Counted from the stretch's first letter, positions 8,887 through 18,060 are shown. The stretch: DNA of 33,535 nucleotides from an uncultured virus (IMG/VR IMGVR_UViG_3300011474_000007) (IMGVR_UViG_3300011474_000007:124001-157535); one strand, 5' to 3'. Program-made: numbers and translations. The notes: generated from the letters alone by a model not told the origin.

Positions 8887-11085
8887 TTATTTAATAACCC
8901 ATCCTATTTTTTTTAAGTCAGATTCTAACCACTCAAATACAAGATTAGTAATAGGGTTATAACCAAATATCTCCAAAACCCCTTCTCCACTTGAAAAATG
9001 AATCCACTCACTTTTTTCTCGACGTTTTACTCTTAATTCTCTTCTAATTTGAGAGTATTCTTCTAAAGTTGCTTTTTCTCTATCTAAAATATCAACTAAT
9101 TTAAAATTTACATATGAACTTTCACCTTTAGGAAGAATTTCGTAATACCACTCCATTGATGGTCCTCCGCAATATGTATTTTCCCTACTAATATGTATAT
9201 CTCCATTAAATTTTACAGGCAATAGATTATATAGTGATAGATTCTCTTTAATTAGTGGAAACCATTCTTCCACTACTCTTAAATATTCCTTAAATGCATT
9301 ATCATAAATAAAAATAGTTTTTTCGAGAATTCTTTGATCTGAATATGAGTCCCATATCCATCCACCACTTTCTCTACAAGAGATATCATGTTTTGGCCAA
9401 GGCGCACTTATAAATGTCTGCCCCTTATCAATCAATTTATCTATTTCACTAAAATAATACTTTATGTTAATTAATATATTATTAACATTCAAATTAGTTG
9501 CATATGAATATTTTCTGTATTCCTCAATTTCAGATATATCTATTATATCATCAAATAAACTACCTTTTTCAGTCAATATACAACTTACCCTCCATATATA
9601 CTCATCTAGCAAAATCCCATCTTGTAATAATAATGGTTTCTGCTTAACAATTTCTTTTAGATTTTTACTAAGATATTCTAATGTATCTATCCATGGCCAT
9701 ATTGATTGTGCGACTGGAACATGAGATCTAATGTTTCCGCCCCAAAATAACAAGTCTTTACCAGTAAACGTTTTAATATCTTCATTATAACTTTTTTCAT
9801 TCCATGCTACTGATATTTCTATTCCATCTACATCTACACCTAGATCTGCAATTTTACTATACCTAAATGGAGCTATTACATAAGCCAAATTTTCTAATCC
9901 TTTAATCCATTTTCTCATACATTCCTGTAACATTTTTCCACATTCATTTGCAGTTGGTAAATCACTTTGTCTCGTAGTTTTTATTCCATCTCGTATAATA
10001 ATAGAAGCAACTCCAGGATATTTACTTACAATTTTTCCAAAAATATCTTTTGATTCATTATAAGTTAACTTTCCAAACAATAATGATAACGGATATCTCC
10101 ATTTTATTATTTGCTCTTCTGACTTAATAATTTCATCAATATTCTTATATTTAAGTCTTACCCCTTCTGCTGAAAGCCATTGAGGTATTATTGGAAGTGG
10201 GAAATATAAATACTCACTATTATCATTATAGATAAGTCCTGATTTTAATAAATCATCTATATCAAAATCACTTCCTAGCTCACTAAAATGTATCTTTCCA
10301 AGTTTTTTATCTATAAAAATAATTGATAATCTAATTATTTGATCGTATATTTTTTCTTTTTGTAGAGATAGTTTTGCAATTGATCTGTTAACTAAATAAT
10401 CTATCATCCTATTTCTATCAAAAATAAAATTGTTACAATTTTCTTTAATAGATAAAGCAAATAAAATACAAAAAAATGGTCTTTCTATAGCATCCTTAAT
10501 ATCTTTATCTAATCTAAATCCTATTGATGAAACATATTCCTTCCCAGATATACACTCAATTATTTCAACTATCTCATCGTTTTTTAGAACAGGTAAATAT
10601 TTAATATTATGATTATTAATCAATGACATAGGTCTAGTTGTTAGCATAAAATAGCAATTCTCCCACAATTCCTCTAAAAACATTACCTCATTAATAATTT
10701 TATCTATTAGTTCATAATCAAGTTCATCTAATCCATCAATAAATATAATATATTTATTGTCATTGTCAAAAAAATAATTCTTTTCTATCTTCTCTTTTAA
10801 ACTACCTATAAAATTATCTTCTAAATATATTGGAAATCTATCATCCATATCATCTAAATATGCTTTGGCATATTTCTGAAATAGAATATCTACTGCATAT
10901 GATTTTCCAACTCCAAACTCTCCACATAAAATAATTAATCTTGATTCGTTATTACTTATAATATAATCAAATCTATCTTTTTTTAAATCCTTTTCAATTA
11001 TTTCAACAGCTGATTTCCTATCTAATCCATTAGTTCTAAATCTCGAAATACATTTTGCATATACCTCTTCTAATTTACTTTTTAG
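8887..11085 (-). CDS. NACHT-like STAND NTPase frame with no start codon of its own (continuation of the SEFIR ORF)
   Basis: Frame stays open 79 codons upstream of the track's Met 10848 and contains Walker A GEFGVGKS (10900-10923); Walker B YIIFIDGLDE; LTTRP; RPFF equivalent of GxP. Confidence 0.85.
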   Translation of the reverse strand, partial: LKSKLEEVYAKCISRFRTNGLDRKSAVEIIEKDLKKDRFDYIISNNESRLIILCGEFGVGKSYAVDILFQKYAKAYLDDMDDRFPIYLEDNFIGSLKEKIEKNYFFDNDNKYIIFIDGLDELDYELIDKIINEVMFLEELWENCYFMLTTRPMSLINNHNIKYLPVLKNDEIVEIIECISGKEYVSSIGFRLDKDIKDAIERPFFCILFALSIKENCNNFIFDRNRMIDYLVNRSIAKLSLQKEKIYDQIIRLSIIFIDKKLGKIHFSELGSDFDIDDLLKSGLIYNDNSEYLYFPLPIIPQWLSAEGVRLKYKNIDEIIKSEEQIIKWRYPLSLLFGKLTYNESKDIFGKIVSKYPGVASIIIRDGIKTTRQSDLPTANECGKMLQECMRKWIKGLENLAYVIAPFRYSKIADLGVDVDGIEISVAWNEKSYNEDIKTFTGKDLLFWGGNIRSHVPVAQSIWPWIDTLEYLSKNLKEIVKQKPLLLQDGILLDEYIWRVSCILTEKGSLFDDIIDISEIEEYRKYSYATNLNVNNILINIKYYFSEIDKLIDKGQTFISAPWPKHDISCRESGGWIWDSYSDQRILEKTIFIYDNAFKEYLRVVEEWFPLIKENLSLYNLLPVKFNGDIHISRENTYCGGPSMEWYYEILPKGESSYVNFKLVDILDREKATLEEYSQIRRELRVKRREKSEWIHFSSGEGVLEIFGYNPITNLVFEWLESDLKKIGWVIK

Positions 11086-11621
11086 TTTTTTTTTAATTCA
11101 ATATCATTTCCAAATTTAATACTTTTTAATAAATCCTCATTATTACCATCCAAAGAAATTATATTACCCAACTGTGGTCTCTGTATACGTGGCTGTTTAG
11201 TAATATATCTATATAGCTTTTCAAACTCTCCACTTTGATATAATTTATAATGTGTATAAGGCTGCAATGCTGATGGAATTGACCCATTATCTGTAAAAAA
11301 TATAGGCAATACTTTTTTATTATATTCGCCTTCATATAATATTTGTGTTATATATTTCCCCTCAAATTTTGCGCCAAGCCCCTTCCCTATCTGCTCCTTA
11401 TTTTCAAATCTATTTTTATAAATTTCCGTACAAACGCATAATATATAATCTGATTCTAATATATTATCTAACATATATTGCGCCCATCCTTGTTCAGGAT
11501 TCGTGGTATATTGATCTATTTCAGTTTGAACACCAAGATCTATTAATTTATCAGCAAGAATCTTAACCTTCTCTTCTAATTCCCGTGAATCATGGCTATA
11601 GCTAATAAAAACTTTAGGCAC
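11082..11621 (-). CDS. SEFIR/TIR domain protein; fuses to the NTPase by a -1 shift
   Basis: KVFISYSHDS, GW..YM, GKGLGAKFE, VLPIFF; GTG 11621 preceded by SD GGGGAG; ends ELKKN* over an A9 run. Confidence 0.88.
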   Translation of the reverse strand: MPKVFISYSHDSRELEEKVKILADKLIDLGVQTEIDQYTTNPEQGWAQYMLDNILESDYILCVCTEIYKNRFENKEQIGKGLGAKFEGKYITQILYEGEYNKKVLPIFFTDNGSIPSALQPYTHYKLYQSGEFEKLYRYITKQPRIQRPQLGNIISLDGNNEDLLKSIKFGNDIELKKN

Positions 11622-11732
11622 ATTAATCTCCCCCATATCTATAAGATCACATAACATTTTTTCTCATTATTACTTATCATATATTATAACATATAGTCTT
11701 TCTCAATACATTATATGGATAGCCACTATTAC

Positions 11733-11781
11733 AACCTATTCTTTTATTAAGATTTATCTTAATCTTAATAAGTATAAGCCT
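11733..11781 (-). terminator. Long hairpin after the TPR gene
   Basis: TTATTAAGATT/AATCTTAATAA core extended by G-U pairs on the minus strand; no U tract. Confidence 0.45.
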
Positions 11782-11804
11782 CTAAATTCTCCTAAATATT
11801 TAGA

Positions 11805-13804
11805 TTACATCTTATCAATTATTTGTATTCTATTCTTCCTAAATGTTATTTGGCAAATTTCTTCTGGAGAACGTAAAACAATCGCAGCCTCATTAAACAT
11901 TAATTCACTTTGTAGTTTGCTCCTAAAACCGTGGAAGCCTTCTGATGTGCTTGGAATCCATTCATCAATAATATAATTTCCTATTTGAATAATTGCATTT
12001 AGACTATTTAGCATTTTTATTATCGTCACTGTTATATTCTTATCATTAACAATATATTCTTCAAATTTATCCCATTTATGATTCAAATGTAAAACATCTT
12101 CTAACAATAATTCATTTTTATTTTTAATATAATTATCTTGATTATCATAAATTTTAAATAATGTTGGTAAACTAGCTTCTAAATCTAATTCATCACAATC
12201 TTTATTCATTACAAATTCAGCTAACCATCGATTTATAGGAGATATATACAATCCAATTCCTGATCTAGAATGAATTTTGTATTGAGTCTTTATAATATTT
12301 TTATTGTTCATATTTACCTCTATATAATCTTTATTTCTTATAAGAATTAATATATTAGTATATTCATACCCTATATCTATTACTGGTATTTTTTCTCCAT
12401 CACTAATAGGCTTATCTAAATCAAAATTAATAAATCTATCAATCCACCTAGCTAAATATATATTATTTGTATCGCCAGTATTATAATAACTCATAGCAAT
12501 TTCTAATAAAACTTTGCTATTTAAGTAATCTTCACTTAACTCCATATACATCTCTAAATTTTTAATAGCTTTTTTAAATTGACCAAAGTATCTTAAAACT
12601 TTTCCTTTTTCTAAAAATGCCAAAGCAAATTTTTTATTATAACTTAAAGCTTTATCCATATAATCAATACACTTTTTTGAATATGGATACATCATACCTA
12701 ATTCAAAATAAATTACTTCCTTATGCTGATTTAAATCCAGAGACTTTTCTAAGTATATTATACCTTTCTCGTTATTTCCTTTATTCTTATAACATTTAGC
12801 TAGTAAAAAATATATTTCGAGCAAGTTTTCCCAATTAGATATTTTCTCCAAATTTTCAATTGCTTCATCATATCTATGTAAGCATTCAAAACTTTTCCCT
12901 AATAATAACCTGTCAAAATCGCTATCTTTTTTATCTATTTTTACGATTGATATGTAATTCTATATATTTCATCTATATTTTTTAATCCCAAACATCTTAA
13001 ATCTAATATGTGATTCCAAGCCTCAACATACATTTTATTTTCTATTTCATATTTTACAATTTGTAAATCCATAGATATACGTGGCTGTTCTAATATGAGT
13101 TGTTCTAAACTTTGAATTATATATAAAATATCTGTATCTCTTATATCTTCACAATAATTAGATGATACTCTGCTATTTCGATGATGTTGAATTATATCCA
13201 ATATATCTTTCTTTGTTAAAAATCCTCTTTTTTCTCTTAAAAATAAGGATATTTTTGTTTGGAGTTCAGATAAAATACCAATAGTATTAACAAATAAATG
13301 TCTTTTCTCTGCCCACTCTAAAATAGAATATTTAGCTAAATCTACACTGCATATTTTATCGATAGAGTCAAATTGTACTTTTTCAATTTTATCGAAGTCA
13401 ATATTATGACTATTGCATACAGCTTTTATTTCTTTTAAAAATTCTTCTTTCATATTTTCACGTATACTAACAGCATTTTTATATTTTAATAATTTTGAAT
13501 GGAGATTCCTAAACCCATCATCAAACCCATTTCCAATAAAGACTCTTCCTTCAATGCATTCATATTTTCCTAATAATTCTCGTACAAATTTTATAGTAAA
13601 TAAATTATTCTTAACTTGTATACGTAATTCATTGTTATCATCAAATAGTATAGTAAAATCATCTAATGATTCAAAAGTAATAGCTTTAAATTTATCTTTA
13701 TCTAAGTATCTAAAAATATATACTATACTAGTACAATCTTGTTTCGATATTCCAGCACTATTAATTGCACCACCATCTTGTGTTCTTGAAAAGTAGCACT
13801 CCAT
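11805..13804 (-). pseudogene. Frameshifted PD-(D/E)xK nuclease (Cap4/DUF4297-like) - TPR fusion; track ORFs 12941-13846 and 11805-12851
   Basis: N-term DGGA...G...Q, E..DDF, IQVK nuclease motif; SD GAGGAG before ATG 13804; TPR frame is open up to ~12959 with TPR-like text (LLLGKSFECLHRYDEAIENL) and no SD/start. Confidence 0.7.
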
Positions 13805-14035
13805 TAAAAACTTCTCCTCTGTATATTTTAATCTAATTTCAAACATTGTCTAAATAAATCAATTTCTTTTCTTTACTATAATATAATTCTTCACCATTCA
13901 CATCTTCCTAATAATTTACTTTTTAATTCAACTTTATATCTTTGTATAAAATTATACCATACTCTCTTTAATTAAAAGACGGTATTTTCACTTATAAAAA
14001 TAGCCTTAACCAAGTAATATGAATAGCTAAAGACT

Positions 14036-14090
14036 AAGAACCTCATTTACTTATGGTACAGTTATCCGTAACTACTCTAAATAAGGTCTT
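14036..14090 (-). repeat. Hairpin repeat copy B (candidate ncRNA or recombination site)
   Basis: AAGACCTTATTTA...TACGG-ATAA-CTGTA...TAAATGAGGTTCTT on the minus strand with G-U pairs; related to 8829-8878. Confidence 0.6.
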
Positions 14091-14173
14091 TCTATTCCAT
14101 TCTTATTCTATATAATTAAAATATTATTTTAATTGATATCAATCTACTAATAATTTATTTTTATCATGTAATA

Positions 14174-16108
14174 TCACTTAAGAATTCCTTCATCTTCAGC
14201 TAAACAAAACTCCTCATTTATTTTTATAATAATTAAAATTAAAATTCGTAAAAAAATATAATAATCTTGTTCATGAATCCATGTATCTCTAGGTTGTGTT
14301 CCATGAATATATTTATTTCTTAAATCTAACCCATTACTAAATTCAGATTTATTCAAAAGATAATTGAAATAATTTTGTTCTGGCTTAGATAAAAATGAAC
14401 TTGTACATTCTAATATCTTCTTTGCTTCCAGTTCATTAATACTTTTACTGAATTCTTTTACGTGATAGTTAGAAATTACATCATTATAATAAAGTTCTTT
14501 TAATAGCCAAATTTTTTTCTTACTGTTTTTTAATATATTTTTTCTATCCTCATATAAGTATCCCTTTTCAATCAACCAATTAACTGCATGAAATTGATAT
14601 TCTTCGAAATCTTTTTTCTGAACCTTTTCTTTTTCAATTAAAATATAAAAAGCCCTATAATGACTATCTATGCCTTGGATATAATTAAGGTGAGATTGAT
14701 CAGAAAATAAGTAATTACTTGCTATCTTATACTCATCACCAATTGGATAAATATACTTTTTTTTCAATAAGCTCGGAATATCTTTTACACACATATGCTC
14801 AGATGATAATTGTAATAATTCATGATTAATTTCTCTATCCTCAACAAACAATTTAAATTGCTTTAATATGCTATCAATTTCAGAAGCTATTGTTCGGCAT
14901 TTTTCAAGATAAGTAGAATTTTCAGAAGGTAAATTTAAATAAAATCCTTCTATTCCAAATTCAGATTTTACATACTCATAAAAAAACCATTCTAGAACTT
15001 CTTCAAATCTAATATCATTTTTTTTAAGTTCATTATAATATCCCATTGTCTGTAACATTGCTAGACTTTGTATTTGTTGAAATGCGGTTCCTTTAATATA
15101 TTCCTTTTTGCTCTTAACACCCATAACTCTCTCAAATATCCCCATAGTGTTAACTTTATGTACATGTTGAAATCTAAATTGAAGATCCGTAAATTCAAAT
15201 AAATAAATAAAATTATTTAATATTGTAGGATAATCCCTATTTTCTTTAATCCATTGTGAACTATACGATGCACATAAATTCCTGTCTACCATTTCAATTT
15301 TTTTTTCTATCTCTTGATTATCTAAAAAGCGAACCTCAACATTGTATTGAAAACTGTATCCATCTTTCAAATCTTTTTTCCGTTCTTCTTCGTATTTTCT
15401 TTTTGCTTTCAGTTTTGTTCTATCTGATATGTATAAATCACTTGAATTTTGAAATTCAAATATAAGTTTAAGATAATTAGGATTTGCTCGTCCACATTCT
15501 ATATATCTAACTATTATTCCCTCCTTATCATCTAATGATAATGTTTTGGGGAAATGATACATTTTCCTACTAATATCCTTAGAACTAATATATTTATCTG
15601 CTAAAATCTCAGCACTTCTTTCATAGTTTAATAGATACTGGCTAATTTCTATATCATAATATCTAACTATTCCTCTACAAGATAAAATATCATACAATTT
15701 TAATCGCTCATGCGATAAGAGCCTTGCAAAAAATGCACCTGAAATGTTCAAATAAATCTTATAGTAATCAAACAATTTCCAAAAGTTTTCTAAGTACTCT
15801 ATATTAACCTCATTTAATATATCTTTAATATTGGATTCTTTAACATTAGAAAAATACTTTCCAATATGTTTTGAAAATTTATTTACTGTATATAAGTATA
15901 TCTTCCTTTTTTCTTTTGACCAAATGGTTAAGTACATATCATTTTGAAAAAAGAGCTTTATATTATAAAATTCAATTATCTTATTAATATTTTCATATAT
16001 TAAATTATCATCAAAATCTTTAATCACTTTTTCTGCCTTCACCAAATTATGGGGACTACTTAAATCAGTAACTGAATAAAACTTTACCCACGCCTGTTCC
16101 ATTGACAT
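14174..16108 (-). CDS. Large protein with a C-terminal HEPN-like motif (putative defence RNase)
   Basis: GLDLRNKYIHG = RxxxxH followed by a hydrophobic helix; SD GAAGGTG before ATG 16108. Confidence 0.6.
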   Translation of the reverse strand: MSMEQAWVKFYSVTDLSSPHNLVKAEKVIKDFDDNLIYENINKIIEFYNIKLFFQNDMYLTIWSKEKRKIYLYTVNKFSKHIGKYFSNVKESNIKDILNEVNIEYLENFWKLFDYYKIYLNISGAFFARLLSHERLKLYDILSCRGIVRYYDIEISQYLLNYERSAEILADKYISSKDISRKMYHFPKTLSLDDKEGIIVRYIECGRANPNYLKLIFEFQNSSDLYISDRTKLKAKRKYEEERKKDLKDGYSFQYNVEVRFLDNQEIEKKIEMVDRNLCASYSSQWIKENRDYPTILNNFIYLFEFTDLQFRFQHVHKVNTMGIFERVMGVKSKKEYIKGTAFQQIQSLAMLQTMGYYNELKKNDIRFEEVLEWFFYEYVKSEFGIEGFYLNLPSENSTYLEKCRTIASEIDSILKQFKLFVEDREINHELLQLSSEHMCVKDIPSLLKKKYIYPIGDEYKIASNYLFSDQSHLNYIQGIDSHYRAFYILIEKEKVQKKDFEEYQFHAVNWLIEKGYLYEDRKNILKNSKKKIWLLKELYYNDVISNYHVKEFSKSINELEAKKILECTSSFLSKPEQNYFNYLLNKSEFSNGLDLRNKYIHGTQPRDTWIHEQDYYIFLRILILIIIKINEEFCLAEDEGILK

Positions 16109-16322
16109 ATTAACACCTTCCAACTTTATCTTCTACAACCATTATTGTATTTTCATTATATAACATATAAAATTTAAATACTATCTCATCTAGTTTAAAT
16201 AATAATGCAGTAAGTAAAATTTACCCATTTACTTACCTATATATTCAGTTGTATCTGTCATTCACTTTAATATCATATTATAATAAATTTTAATTAGATT
16301 TTTTTCAGTACCACTTATCTCT

Positions 16323-16360
16323 ATATTACAATATCTAAATTTAATATATCTATCCCAACA
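16323..16360 (+). repeat. 38-bp direct repeat copy 1
   Basis: 32/38 identical to 17988-18025. Confidence 0.6.
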
Positions 16361-16370
16361 TTTCTCAATA

Positions 16371-16403
16371 TAAAAGAAGATGATACCTATTAAAGCATCA
16401 TCT
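16371..16403 (-). terminator. Intrinsic terminator after the small ORF
   Basis: AGATGATGC-8nt-GTATCATCT then TCTTTT on the minus strand. Confidence 0.7.
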
Positions 16404-16456
16404 ATTAGCTTTCGTTATATTATTAATCGAATTGAATAGAATCTTATACCTCCATA

Positions 16457-16621
16457 TTATTTATTAATAATCTTTTTTGCTTCTCTTTGAAGTACTAAAT
16501 TAGATAAAGTAACATAAAAATCTTGTTCTTCTTTTGATTTAGCATCTTTAAATAATTTCATCAACTCATCATAAGAATAGGTTAAAAATATATCATATAA
16601 ATTTCCTTTTTTACTATCCAC
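16457..16621 (-). CDS. 54-aa small helical protein
   Basis: SD GGGAAGGA, GTG start, MDSKKGNLYDIFLTYSYDELMKLFKDAKSKEEQDFYVTLSNLVLQREAKKIINK*; below track cutoff. Confidence 0.7.
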   Translation of the reverse strand: MDSKKGNLYDIFLTYSYDELMKLFKDAKSKEEQDFYVTLSNLVLQREAKKIINK

Positions 16622-16871
16622 TCTAGATTTCCTTCCCTTGTCTTTGGAAAACTATATATTGATTATACACTATTATTTAGGGATTTTACCTATTTTTATT
16701 ATGTATAACGGTAAAGATTTATTAGACAAAGTTTTTAACAGTACGCTCCAATATAACTACTTTTACTAACCCATAACCTTTTCACTAAAAAATATTATTA
16801 ATTATAATATATTAACATCTTTCTAAATAAAACACATAAATTAAACTTATATTTAAGATGATCTTGACTAG

Positions 16872-16911
16872 GAAACACATAGACTTGAATTTAAACAACT
16901 CTATGTGCGTT
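16872..16911 (-). terminator. Hairpin after the TIR gene
   Basis: CACATAGACTTG / CAACTCTATGTG inverted repeat with one mismatch. Confidence 0.5.
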
Positions 16912-16933
16912 CACTTTATAATAACCTAATCTA

Positions 16934-17887
16934 CTATTGGTACCAGAGAGTACATCTATGACCATATTGTATTTCATTTAATAATTTGTACTCTTTTTCT
17001 ACATCAATATGCATCCCCAATTCTTTCATTTTAATATATTCTTTATACTCATTCTCTTTAATTCTATTTTTACACCACATATAAAACTTTTTATGTTCGA
17101 TACTCTCAATTGTATTCTTTTCTATGCTAGCTATATCTATTACAGATAGTTTTACACTTTCATTATCTTCAATTTGCTTTAAACTAAAATCTATATTAAG
17201 CCCATGTATACCTTTAGTTACATTCGCACTTTCTAATATATATTTTCTTTCTCCAAATGTATCTTCTGGATAAATACTAATTTCTATATAAGTACATTTA
17301 TCTAATTCATTTAAAAACTGCTCTAACCCTGCTACTTCATCACCCAGCTTTATTCCATTATCATATAATTTTTTACTTATTTCCTCACAAATGTTATTTA
17401 TATTTGGATTATTCATATCTGAGACTATTTGCATAAATTCTCCAATAGTACGCTTTATATCCCCTATTTTTTTAAGTTCCTGATTTAAAGTCAAACTACT
17501 TTCATTATCCTTTATTGTATAAATTTCTTCTAAAAGTTTATTATATTTTTCATTCCAATACTTGATATATTTAGTTCTATCTAATGAATCATATATAGAA
17601 GTATCTTCCAAAACTACTGTAAGGATTCTACTTTCATAATTTTCATCTTTCATTACTTCTAATACTTCGTACATGCAATTTACGGACTTTAAGTAATTAT
17701 CACTTACCACTAAGATTGCATAATTGCTTTTTCTTATCCTTTTCATAAATTCTTTTATACTTTTCCAAGGCTTAATTTCTCTCCTATCTCTGTCAAAAAT
17801 AATTTGTCTACTTTTAAAATAATTATCAATTTGATTTACTATATTATCATCCTTGTGACAATATGATATAAAAACCTTATTCTCCAT
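16934..17887 (-). CDS. TIR domain protein with an unknown C-terminal domain
   Basis: KVFISYCHKD, ILVVSDNYLKSVNCMYE with the catalytic Glu; SD AAGGAG. Confidence 0.88.
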   Translation of the reverse strand: MENKVFISYCHKDDNIVNQIDNYFKSRQIIFDRDRREIKPWKSIKEFMKRIRKSNYAILVVSDNYLKSVNCMYEVLEVMKDENYESRILTVVLEDTSIYDSLDRTKYIKYWNEKYNKLLEEIYTIKDNESSLTLNQELKKIGDIKRTIGEFMQIVSDMNNPNINNICEEISKKLYDNGIKLGDEVAGLEQFLNELDKCTYIEISIYPEDTFGERKYILESANVTKGIHGLNIDFSLKQIEDNESVKLSVIDIASIEKNTIESIEHKKFYMWCKNRIKENEYKEYIKMKELGMHIDVEKEYKLLNEIQYGHRCTLWYQ

Positions 17888-17951
17888 ACAAAACTCCTTA
17901 TATAAACGTATTTTTATAAATTAAATACAAAGTTAATGTTAATATATATTA

Positions 17952-17980
17952 ATTTTATCAATATTTATATTATTTATCAA
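17952..17980 (-). promoter_or_regulatory. sigmaA promoter of the TIR gene
   Basis: TTGATA-17nt-TAAAAT with TG extension. Confidence 0.55.
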
Positions 17981-17987
17981 TTTAATC

Positions 17988-18025
17988 ATATTGAAATATC
18001 TAGATTTAATATATTTAATCCAACA
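17988..18025 (+). repeat. 38-bp direct repeat copy 2
   Basis: 32/38 identical to 16323-16360; abuts the terminator of the RusA-like gene. Confidence 0.6.
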
Positions 18026-18060
18026 AAGAAAAAGGAATATCCTTCATAGATACTCCTTCT
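18025..18060 (-). terminator. Intrinsic terminator ending the metabolic operon
   Basis: AGAAGGAGTATC-7nt-GATATTCCTTTT then TCTTT on the minus strand. Confidence 0.75.

Noticed and set aside
11045..11067. Hairpin as stimulator of the SEFIR frameshift
   Set aside because: Weak G-U-rich stem starting 17 nt after the slippery site, beyond the usual 5-9 nt
9464..15465. Plus-strand ORFs 9464, 10430, 11345, 12617, 13413, 15256
   Set aside because: Fully antisense to well-supported island genes, with the Ser/Phe/Ile-rich composition of shadow frames
8887..17887. Canonical Thoeris, CBASS or Lamassu
   Set aside because: No SIR2/SLOG/Macro ThsA, CD-NTase or SMC gene in the window
6616..17887. Classical integron
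   Set aside because: Recombinase is short and lacks an IntI-type insertion; hairpins lack attC RYYYAAC/GTTRRRY ends; genes have their own promoters
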